A stretch of 21,430 bases of DNA from Chthoniobacteraceae bacterium (lineage in GTDB: Bacteria; Verrucomicrobiota; Verrucomicrobiia; Chthoniobacterales; Chthoniobacteraceae): positions 1-21,430 of the forward strand of contig JANNWY010000274.1 in assembly GCA_031409335.1 (NCBI GenBank), read 5' to 3'. A program made the position numbers and the translations under genes. The notes beneath the pieces were generated by a model that worked only from the letters and a program-made list of their open reading frames with translations, made no database searches and was not told the DNA's origin. Of the stretch, positions 1 to 7,457 are shown piece by piece. Position 1 is the first letter of the stretch. Each line of letters opens with the position of its first letter.

Positions 1-22
1 CGATGTTCGATGTTCGATGTTC
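1..22. repeat. Short tandem heptamer repeat (GATGTTC)x3, probably truncated by the window edge
   Basis: Sequence cgatgttcgatgttcgatgttc lies directly after the stop codon of the ABC ATPase (stop at 28-30, minus strand). Confidence 0.7.
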
Positions 23-27
23 CTTCA

Positions 28-933
28 TCATTCGTCGTCCGGCTGTTCGGCCCGCTGTTTGACGATGTCCTCCCGCCCCGCGCGATGACTGAATTCGAGG
101 TGCCCGCCTTTCCCGAAAACCAGCGGCCGTTCGTCATCAGAAAGCACGGTGACGGTGCGCCCGTCGTGTTTCTGCACGGTCGATTCGTCGAAGCGAAAAT
201 GGCGGAGCACGCCGCCGAAGGCCTTCGTGAGATTTTGTTCGGTGAAGACTTCCAGCGTTGGGCCGCAGGCGAGGACGGTGCGATTGACGAGCACGACTTG
301 GTCGCAAAACTCGGGCACGGAGCCGAGATTGTGCGTGGAGACGAGCATGAGATGGCCGTCGGCGCGGAGCTGGCGGAGTAGCTCGATGATCGTGGTCTCG
401 GTCTGCACATCGACGCCGGTGAAGGGCTCGTCTAGGAGGATGATGCGGCCTTGCTGCGCGAGCGCGCGGGCGAGGAAGACACGCTTCTTTTGCCCGCCGC
501 TCAGCTCGCCGATCTGCCGCTCGCGGAAGTCGATCATGCCGACGCGCGCGAGGCTTTCCTCGACGATGCGCCGGTCTTCAGTGCGCGGGATGCGGAGGAA
601 ATTCATGTAGCCGTAGCGGCCCATCATCACCACGTCCCAGACGCTGACCGGGAAGGTCCAATCGACTTCTTCGCTCTGCGGCACGTAGGCGACGAGGTTG
701 CGCTTTTGCGCGGCAGCGACGTTGGCGCCCGCGAGGCGCACGCTGCCTTTGCTCGGCTTCACGAAACCCATGATCGCTTTGAAGAGCGTGGATTTGCCGC
801 TGCCATTGATGCCGACGAGCGCGCAGATGGTGCCGCCGTCAAGGCGGAAGGTGGCGTCGCGCAGGGCGACGTTGCCGTTCGGATACGTGACGGTGACGTC
901 GTGAACGTCGAGTTGGATGGGCGCGTTGGTCAT
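28..933 (-). CDS. sitB: Mn2+/Fe2+ ABC transporter ATP-binding subunit (SitB/MntA-like)
   Basis: Walker [10 protein letters not shown], signature [15 protein letters not shown], Walker [22 protein letters not shown] motif and a C-terminal SDDERPL tail typical of SitB. Overlaps the upstream binding-protein gene by 4 bp. Confidence 0.92.
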   Translation of the reverse strand: MTNAPIQLDVHDVTVTYPNGNVALRDATFRLDGGTICALVGINGSGKSTLFKAIMGFVKPSKGSVRLAGANVAAAQKRNLVAYVPQSEEVDWTFPVSVWDVVMMGRYGYMNFLRIPRTEDRRIVEESLARVGMIDFRERQIGELSGGQKKRVFLARALAQQGRIILLDEPFTGVDVQTETTIIELLRQLRADGHLMLVSTHNLGSVPEFCDQVVLVNRTVLACGPTLEVFTEQNLTKAFGGVLRHFRFDESTVQKHDGRTVTVLSDDERPLVFGKGGHLEFSHRAGREDIVKQRAEQPDDE

Positions 934-1811
934 TCGCCGAGGAGACCTTTTACGACGGTTTCGACATCGTATTCGAGCATCTTCAAATAGGTCGGCACCG
1001 GGCCTTTCGCATCGCTGAGCGAATCGACATAAAGCACGCCGCCGTAGCGCACGCCGGTTTCCTTCGCGATCTGGCGGGCAGGCTTGTCGCTCACCGTGCT
1101 CTCGCTGAAGACGACGGGAATTTTATTGGCGCGCACGCCGTCGATCACCTTCTGCACCTGCTGCGGCGTGCCCTGCTGATCGGCATTCACCGCCCAGAGA
1201 AACAGCTCTTTCAACCCAAGACTGCGGGCCAGATACGGAAACGCGCCTTCGCTGGTGACCAGCCACCGCTGCGCCTCCGGCACGCGCGCGAGCTTCTCCG
1301 TCACCGCGGTTTCGATGGCTTGAAATTTCGCGGTGTAGGCGGCGGCGTTCGCCGTGTAGGCGGCGGCGTTTTCGGGATCGAGTTTCACGAGCGCCTTGCG
1401 GATGTTCTCCACGTAGATCGTCGCGTTTTGCAGCGACATCCAGGCGTGCGGATTCGGCTTTCCCAGATACGGCCCTTCCTCAATGCCGATGGGCTCGATG
1501 CCTTCCGTGAGCACGACACTCGGGACGTTGCGCAGGTTGCGGAAAAACTTCTCGAACCAGCGTTCAAGGTTCATCCCATTCCACAAAATCAAGTCAGCTT
1601 TCTGCGCCTTCACGATGTCGCCGGGCGTGGGTTCGTAGCCGTGGATTTCCGAGCCGGGCTTGGTGATGGATTCGACGGTGGCTTTGTCGCCCGCGACGTT
1701 CTGCGACATCTCGGCGATGATCGTGAAAGTGGTGACGACACGCTTTTTCGCGGCCCAGGTAGGCACGATGGAAAGCAGCAATGAGAGGGTGATGCAGGCG
1801 ATGTGTTTCAT
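930..1811 (-). CDS. sitA: Mn2+/Fe2+ ABC transporter substrate-binding protein (SitA/MntC/TroA family)
   Basis: Signal peptide, plus metal-ligand motifs [22 protein letters not shown] and LYVDSLS. Confidence 0.93.
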   Translation of the reverse strand: MKHIACITLSLLLSIVPTWAAKKRVVTTFTIIAEMSQNVAGDKATVESITKPGSEIHGYEPTPGDIVKAQKADLILWNGMNLERWFEKFFRNLRNVPSVVLTEGIEPIGIEEGPYLGKPNPHAWMSLQNATIYVENIRKALVKLDPENAAAYTANAAAYTAKFQAIETAVTEKLARVPEAQRWLVTSEGAFPYLARSLGLKELFLWAVNADQQGTPQQVQKVIDGVRANKIPVVFSESTVSDKPARQIAKETGVRYGGVLYVDSLSDAKGPVPTYLKMLEYDVETVVKGLLGE

Positions 1812-1814
1812 AAA

Positions 1815-2612
1815 TTAAAAGCGGATGGAAAAACCGGCAAAGGGTTGAAAGTCGGGCGCGGATTTGGTGAGGCCGAAATTGCAGCCGAAGTCGAGTTGCA
1901 CGTCATCGGTGACCGCATAGGTGAAACCGAGATCGGCCTGCGCCTGCCAGTCAAAGCCCGGCGCGTTGCCGACGACGGTGAAGAGTTCGACGTAACCGCC
2001 CAGTTTGCCGACAATGTCATGACTGAGCGTGATTGAGTTCACCCACTCCGCATCGTGCCCGCCCGCGCCATCGCTCACGAAATCGACTTCAGTCATCAGC
2101 CCCATGCCCCAACCGCCCGGCAGCGCAATGGCGAGCGGGATGATGATGCCGCCTTCCGTCTCGCCGTTGCGCAGGTTCGAGGCGTCGAGCGGGAGCTTGA
2201 TGTAAGGCATGATCGCCAGCGCGGTAGTGCCGCCATCGTTGCCCCAGAGATTGATTTTGAGCCGCGCGGTGATGTCGCCGAAACCGGACGCGCCACTTTC
2301 GCGGACGTAACTATCGAGCACGATCTGTAAATCCACGTTGTTCAGCAGCCCGGCCTTCAGATTGATCGGCGCGACATTCCACGACGGGCGGTGGCGGTCG
2401 TAGGTGAATTTCACGAAATCCATCTCGATCTGAAAATGTCCGGCATCGACCGTGTAGGCGCTCTCCGTCTGATCGGGCCGATCCGTGCTCATCTCGCGCA
2501 TCTCCGCGCGCGGCGTCGGGTGGAAAAGGTGATGGCGGGATTTGTCCGGCGCGGGCTCGGGGCCGGCGAGTGCGGTGGAACCAAGGAGGCAGGCGAAGGC
2601 GGCGGACTTCAT
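1815..2612 (-). CDS. Outer-membrane beta-barrel, MetA-pathway-of-phenol-degradation/COG4313-like 'transporter'
   Basis: Signal peptide from the ATG at 2612 (MKSAAFACLLGSTALA), TDRPDQTESAYTVDAGHFQIE N-terminal motif, SGFGDITARLK motif, alternating beta-strands and a terminal Phe (GFSIRF). Start moved from 2654 to 2612. Confidence 0.8.
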   Translation of the reverse strand: MKSAAFACLLGSTALAGPEPAPDKSRHHLFHPTPRAEMREMSTDRPDQTESAYTVDAGHFQIEMDFVKFTYDRHRPSWNVAPINLKAGLLNNVDLQIVLDSYVRESGASGFGDITARLKINLWGNDGGTTALAIMPYIKLPLDASNLRNGETEGGIIIPLAIALPGGWGMGLMTEVDFVSDGAGGHDAEWVNSITLSHDIVGKLGGYVELFTVVGNAPGFDWQAQADLGFTYAVTDDVQLDFGCNFGLTKSAPDFQPFAGFSIRF

Positions 2613-2649
2613 CAATGCGAGAAAAGCGCGGACCAAGACAGGATGCAAC

Positions 2650-2677
2650 AACAAAGTTAGGCATGACTAATTTTGTT
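2650..2677. promoter_or_regulatory. DtxR/MntR-type operator palindrome between divergent promoters
   Basis: AACAAAGTTAGGCATGACTAATTTTGTT: a 28-bp inverted repeat with 2 mismatched pairs and a TTAG-N6-CTAA core. It is an AT-rich patch between the metal uptake operon and mntR. Confidence 0.8.
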
Positions 2678-2685
2678 TTGTGCGC

Positions 2686-2714
2686 TTGACTCCGCGTGGG
2701 CCGCTTTCTACCGT
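2686..2714 (+). promoter_or_regulatory. Sigma70-like promoter for mntR, probably leaderless
   Basis: TTGACT (2686-2691), 17-nt spacer, TACCGT (2709-2714), then 5 nt before the ATG at 2720. Confidence 0.55.
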
Positions 2715-2719
2715 GCGCC

Positions 2720-3154
2720 ATGCCCGCCAAAACCGCGAAACGCCCGGCTTCCTCCGCAGTCGAGGATTACCTCGAACGCATCCTGGAACTCATCAACACC
2801 AAAGGCTACGCCCGCGTGGCGGACATCGCGCGCAGCCTCGACATCTCACAGGCGAGCGTGACGAACATGATCCAGCGGCTGGATGCCGAGGGGCTGCTGA
2901 AATACGAAAAATATCGCGGCCTCGTGCTCACGACCGCCGGCGAGACGCTGGCGAAAAACATCACGCGCCGCCATCGGCTGCTCACCGATTTCCTAAATCT
3001 TTTCGGACTCGATGAGCAGGTGATTTTCCACGACGTGGAAGGGATGGAGCACCACATCAGCCCGCCGACGCTGCGCGCCATCGAGGCGCTGACCGCACAA
3101 CTCGAAAGGCGGCCCGCGCTCGTCCAGCGGGTCCGTTTAGCGGCGAAGGTTTGA
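2720..3154 (+). CDS. mntR: DtxR/MntR family metal-dependent transcriptional repressor
   Basis: EDYLERI motif, HTH (ARVADIARSLDISQASVTNMIQRL), RRHRLL and DVEGMEHHIS metal-site motifs. Short form without an SH3 domain, divergent from the Mn/Fe ABC genes. Confidence 0.92.
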   Translation: MPAKTAKRPASSAVEDYLERILELINTKGYARVADIARSLDISQASVTNMIQRLDAEGLLKYEKYRGLVLTTAGETLAKNITRRHRLLTDFLNLFGLDEQVIFHDVEGMEHHISPPTLRAIEALTAQLERRPALVQRVRLAAKV

Positions 3155-3210
3155 TCTGGCCGCACTTTGTGTGTTGCGGCGCTGCCGCTCATTCCGCTAC
3201 ACGAATCGCC

Positions 3211-3687
3211 ATGCAAATCCGGTCAATTCTCGCTCTCGCTCTTGCCTTGTTTCTACCGCTGACCGGATGCGTCACGCAGGAGATGAAACAAAAGAAGGCA
3301 GCGCGCGTGGTGATGGAGGATACGATCCGACAGGAGGAGCGCGGCAACTACTTCGTCGGGCGGCGCTATTACAAAAGGGATTACAAGTTTTGGGGTTTCG
3401 TCCGCAAACCCGGCGAGCAATGGAACACGGCCAAGCTGGTGATGCTCAATGAACAGGGCAAATTCGCTCCCGATCGGGAACTCGGCAAACTGGGGAGCGA
3501 CAACAACTCCGAATACAAACTCTACGGCGAGTTTTCGGGACAGACGGTTTACGAGCCGGCGAGCAACGGGTTTTATCCCGAGTTCATGCTCAAAGCGTAT
3601 GAACTGCGCAACGTCGCACCGGCGAGCATCTTCAAGGAACCGGGTGCCACTGATCCTGCCCGGCGGATCATCGCGACGCCATACTGA
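3211..3687 (+). CDS. Hypothetical lipoprotein
   Basis: ATG at 3211 gives MQIRSILALALALFLPLTGC, a signal peptide with a lipobox-like LTGC. Coding-like composition. Confidence 0.75.
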   Translation: MQIRSILALALALFLPLTGCVTQEMKQKKAARVVMEDTIRQEERGNYFVGRRYYKRDYKFWGFVRKPGEQWNTAKLVMLNEQGKFAPDRELGKLGSDNNSEYKLYGEFSGQTVYEPASNGFYPEFMLKAYELRNVAPASIFKEPGATDPARRIIATPY

Positions 3688-3702
3688 GCGACTGCAGCCA
3701 GC

Positions 3703-4263
3703 TTACGCCAGCCGCTGGAGCGTCCCGATGGTCGCGAGCAGGATCGTGCCGTAGCCGAGCCCGGCGAGCGCGGTCGCTTTCCACCGACCGTCGCTTTTTG
3801 AAACCCACGCGATTTGATCGCGCAACGTGTAGGGCATCCCGATCCAGAAAAGCGCAAACGACACCCACACATACACGAGCGTCACGAGGAAAAGGCGCGA
3901 CATTTCCGGGCGGAGAAATGCCGACTCGAGCAGCGGCTCCGCGGCCAGCAGCACAAGCATTCCGAGACAGCGCGCGGCGAGAAATTCCTCGACGAAAAGC
4001 CACGTCAGCACGGCGGCGACGGGGATGAAAACCTTGAGCGTCGGACGCCAGTTCGAGAATTCGCCGAGGTCGATATTTGCCGCGAGCAGCCACGCCCAGA
4101 TCGTCACGACCAGCAGCAGCACGAAACCCATCGCACGCGAGCGCGGCAGCTCGCGGAGGAAGTTGCGCGTCGCGTTTGGCTGTAACAATGCAAACGCGTG
4201 GCCGGCAATGAGCAGCAGGCCGACGGTGAGCAGCGCGGTCTTGAGATCGAGAGAATAAATCAT
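3703..4263 (-). CDS. Hypothetical integral membrane protein (about 6 TM helices)
   Basis: Multiple hydrophobic segments; likely start is the ATG at 4263 (MIYSLDLK). Confidence 0.75.
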   Translation of the reverse strand: MIYSLDLKTALLTVGLLLIAGHAFALLQPNATRNFLRELPRSRAMGFVLLLVVTIWAWLLAANIDLGEFSNWRPTLKVFIPVAAVLTWLFVEEFLAARCLGMLVLLAAEPLLESAFLRPEMSRLFLVTLVYVWVSFALFWIGMPYTLRDQIAWVSKSDGRWKATALAGLGYGTILLATIGTLQRLA

Positions 4264-4311
4264 GAAGGGCGGCAAGAGAACGCGCATTCCCGCGGGCGCT
4301 CAAGCGGAATG

Positions 4312-5283
4312 TCAGTCGCCGTAGCCGCCGGGATTGCGGACGTGCCACGACCACGCGCTTTCGACGATGCGGTCGATGGATTGAAATTTTGGCGTCCAGC
4401 CGAGCGCGCTTTTGATCTTGTCCGAACCCGCGATCAGCCGCGCAGGGTCGCCGGGGCGACGCGGTTTTTCGATGACCTTGATGGTTTTTTCGGTGATCCG
4501 CTCACAAGCGGCGATGACCTCGCGGACGCTGGTGCCGCCGCCGGTGCCGAGATTGTAAAAGGCGCTTTCATTCACGCCGAGCGCGAGCATATGCGCGGTG
4601 GCGAGGTCGAGGATGTGGATGTAATCGCGGATGCACGTGCCGTCGGGCGTTTCGTAGTCGGTGCCGTAGATTTCGACGTGGTCCTTTTGGCCGAGCGCGA
4701 CTTTGAGCACGTTTGGAATCAGGTGCGTCTCGATGCGGTGATCCTCGCCAAATCGCTCGCTCGCCCCGGCAGCGTTGAAGTAGCGCAGCGCGACGAATTT
4801 GAGGCCGTGAATCTCGTCGTACCAGCGCAGGACTTTCTCGAACATCAGCTTCGATTCGCCGTACGGATTGATCGGGCGTTGCGGCAGCGTCTCGTCGATC
4901 GGCACGCGGTCTGGTGGGCCAAAGGTGGCGCACGTGGAGCTGAAGACGAAGCGCTTGCAGCCGACGGCGATCATCGCATCGAGCAGGTTCAAGCCGCCAT
5001 ACACATTGTTCCGAAAATACTTCGAGGGGTTCTCCATCGACTCGCCGACGAGCGCGTTTGCGGCGAAATGCATCACCGCTTCCGGGCGCACTTTTTCGAG
5101 CGCATCCTCGATGTCGCAGCGTTGCTGAAGATCGCCCTCGATCAGCGTCGCGCGCGGGTCGATCGCGCGGCGATGACCCTCGGTGAGGTTGTCGAAAATG
5201 GTGACGGTGTGGCCGGCGTCGATGAGTTGCTCGACGCAGATGCTGCCGATGTATCCGGCTCCGCCGGTGACGAGGATGTTCAT
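4312..5283 (-). CDS. galE: UDP-glucose 4-epimerase
   Basis: MNILVTGGAGYIGS, HFAA, FSSTCATFG, YGESK, LRYFNAAGA and DGTCIRDYIH motifs. Confidence 0.96.
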   Translation of the reverse strand: MNILVTGGAGYIGSICVEQLIDAGHTVTIFDNLTEGHRRAIDPRATLIEGDLQQRCDIEDALEKVRPEAVMHFAANALVGESMENPSKYFRNNVYGGLNLLDAMIAVGCKRFVFSSTCATFGPPDRVPIDETLPQRPINPYGESKLMFEKVLRWYDEIHGLKFVALRYFNAAGASERFGEDHRIETHLIPNVLKVALGQKDHVEIYGTDYETPDGTCIRDYIHILDLATAHMLALGVNESAFYNLGTGGGTSVREVIAACERITEKTIKVIEKPRRPGDPARLIAGSDKIKSALGWTPKFQSIDRIVESAWSWHVRNPGGYGD

Positions 5284-5291
5284 GGAAATCG

Positions 5292-5357
5292 TGCTCCTGA
5301 TCTTGCTCCTGATCTTGATCTTGATCTGGTTTGGACGGACGGGATCAGGAGCAAGAT
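5292..5357. repeat. Intergenic hexamer-based repeat with a 15-bp inverted repeat
   Basis: Run of tgctcc/tgatct units. ATCTTGCTCCTGATC (5300-5314) is the perfect reverse complement of GATCAGGAGCAAGAT (5343-5357). Confidence 0.7.
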
Positions 5358-5367
5358 TTTCGGAATG

Positions 5368-5880
5368 CTAGCCAGCCGGCGTCACGCCCTGCTTGCGAAG
5401 TTCCGCGACCATCACGCCGACGTGACGGTGGCGGGCGCGCGGCGCGAGCAGTTTCAGGCTCATCGCCTCCGAGCCCCATTCGAGGATTTCGATCTCCACG
5501 TTTCGGACGCCCCAGTTCCGCATCATGCCGCGGCTCGGCATGTAAAGGTCGATGGTCTTGCGGCCTACCAGCGCGGAGCCGTAATCCTCGATGACATACG
5601 TCCGCCCGTTTTGCACCATCCGAAACCGCGTCCCCAGCGGCATCCACGACCAGTCGCTCGCGGCGCTATAGACGCCGCCGCCGCCAAAGCGCAACCGCGA
5701 GCCGACGGCATTGTTCGCGCCGCCTGGCTCGGTGTGGGTGTAGGCGGTGGTGCGGACGTGCATCTTTTTCCCGGAGGATTTGGAAATCTTCGGGGTGCTC
5801 GTCGCGCAGCCCACGAGGCTCGAAAGCGCGCAGATCGCGAGCAGCGTGCGCCAGGAGATGCGGTGCTTGGATTGGTTCAT
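5368..5880 (-). CDS. 3D (Asp-Asp-Asp) domain lipoprotein, putative peptidoglycan-acting enzyme
   Basis: Lipobox-like LVGC, and TTAYT...AASDWSWMPLGT...IEDYGSAL...IDLY carrying the three Asp motifs of the 3D domain. Start set at the ATG at 5880. Confidence 0.82.
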   Translation of the reverse strand: MNQSKHRISWRTLLAICALSSLVGCATSTPKISKSSGKKMHVRTTAYTHTEPGGANNAVGSRLRFGGGGVYSAASDWSWMPLGTRFRMVQNGRTYVIEDYGSALVGRKTIDLYMPSRGMMRNWGVRNVEIEILEWGSEAMSLKLLAPRARHRHVGVMVAELRKQGVTPAG

Positions 5881-5985
5881 GGCAAAGTGGTGCCGGGGTG
5901 AAATCGGGCGCATTCGATGCCACGGGTGGCGCGGAATGCAAACGGGAAATGACCGGCGAGTGACGGGCGATCCACCGTCATTGTG

Positions 5986-7455
5986 TCAGCGCACGAGCAT
6001 TCTGCGGAGGACGTTTTCGGTGATCCGCTGCGCGCGCGCATCCGGGCCTTTGGGCTCCGTGTACGCTTTCGGGCGGACGTAACCCGGCGGCGCGCTGAGG
6101 CCGTCGGCCCACCAGCACGTCCCGGCGTTGAAGACGAAATTTCCCTTCGGTCCGGGATACACCGTCGCGGTGTGAACGCCGCCGTTTGGCTTGTCGGGCG
6201 CGGCTTGCGTGGGCGAAGTCGCGACGATTTCCAGACCCGGAATCGCCGCGGGATCGCCGTGCCATTCCCAGCCGATGATGCCGGGGATGCGATCACCCGC
6301 CTTCATCCCAGTGCCCTCATGCACCCAATGCTTGGGCAGCGCGCATACCCAATCCGCGCCGCCCGTCACCGGGCCGGTGCTGTGCGCGCCGATCAGTTCG
6401 TTCGCGTACGGGCGGACGTGCTCCAGCGATTTCATCGCGACGAAATCCGCCATGCCGCCCGGCGGTCCGAAAACGCCGACGCGCTCGAACGCGGTGAGCG
6501 TCGGATCGAAGACGACGCGGCCGCAGACTGCGTTCCCCGAAAAAAATCCCGCGCTGACGCCGTCCGCGACCGCCGCCTGCACGTTGCGAAACATCTCGAT
6601 CGTCCAGTATTCATCGTGGCCGACGCTCAAAAATCCCCGCGCGCGCAGCAGGCCCGCCGCGTCGCGATGCGTGTCCAAATTTGAAATGTAGCTCACGTCG
6701 TAGCCGTGCTGCTCGAGCCAGAACGCGAACGGAAATTCCCAAAGCAGCCACTCGCCCGACCCGGTGGAAAGCGGCGCATCGAGAATCTGGCAGTATTTCC
6801 CGTAAGGCCGCCGGTAACTCACCTGCACGTCGCCGCCCCAAAACCATTCGTTCTTCCCGTCGTCGTAGAGCGCGAACTGCGATGGCCAACGATTGTAGGC
6901 CTGCCACGTGTTGTCGCTGCATTGGAAAATGAAATCCGCGCGCCGGTCGTCGCGCACGATGAAGATGATGTAACTCTGCGGACCATCCGCGCCCGCGCTG
7001 AGTTTTCCGAGATACACGCCGCTGACTGCATCGGCGGGCACTTTCCACTCCGCACCCGTCGGCCATTCGCACGCGCGCACGCGTTTCGCGCCGACCGCCG
7101 GCTCGGGCTGCTCCACGCCATCGAACGGCCCCAGCTCCGCGACGAGCCGCGCGCCATCGCCGCCGTACCAGCCCATGCGATACAAGCGCAGCGTCCATTG
7201 CGCAGCGGGTCGTGTGCTGACGTGAAAACGAACGGTCTCCCCTGCTCTCACGCTTGCCGCGGAGGCGAACCCTTCGATCCACGGGCAGCGATGTTTCGAC
7301 GCGGGATCGATGCGCGGGCGCGCGAGCATCCAGTCGCGCGTGCCGGGCCTGGCGTTTTCTTCCGCGATGAGGTTTCGCTTTTCATCCGCACCACGAACGA
7401 GCGAGCCGAGGCTGAGTCCAGCCAGCGTTTGAATGGTTTGCCGTCGGGTGAACAT
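5986..7455 (-). CDS. N,N-dimethylformamidase beta-subunit-like (DUF6605-type) protein with a possible Tat signal
   Basis: IEGFAS..SVRAGE, YRMGWYGGDGAR, SGVYLGKL, TWQAYNRW, SVGHDEYWT and FFSGN motifs; N-terminus TRRQTIQTLAGLSLG. Confidence 0.8.
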   Translation of the reverse strand: MFTRRQTIQTLAGLSLGSLVRGADEKRNLIAEENARPGTRDWMLARPRIDPASKHRCPWIEGFASAASVRAGETVRFHVSTRPAAQWTLRLYRMGWYGGDGARLVAELGPFDGVEQPEPAVGAKRVRACEWPTGAEWKVPADAVSGVYLGKLSAGADGPQSYIIFIVRDDRRADFIFQCSDNTWQAYNRWPSQFALYDDGKNEWFWGGDVQVSYRRPYGKYCQILDAPLSTGSGEWLLWEFPFAFWLEQHGYDVSYISNLDTHRDAAGLLRARGFLSVGHDEYWTIEMFRNVQAAVADGVSAGFFSGNAVCGRVVFDPTLTAFERVGVFGPPGGMADFVAMKSLEHVRPYANELIGAHSTGPVTGGADWVCALPKHWVHEGTGMKAGDRIPGIIGWEWHGDPAAIPGLEIVATSPTQAAPDKPNGGVHTATVYPGPKGNFVFNAGTCWWADGLSAPPGYVRPKAYTEPKGPDARAQRITENVLRRMLVR

Positions 7456-7457
7456 GG

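Noticed and set aside
2613..2719. Longer starts for the barrel gene (2654) and mntR (2696); yybP-ykoY Mn riboswitch
   Set aside because: The extensions overlap the operator and promoters. The region is too short for a riboswitch and shows no such structure.
4198..5901. 567-aa + strand ORF
   Set aside because: Antisense shadow of galE and the 3D-domain gene, expected from high-GC codon bias; no recognisable motifs.
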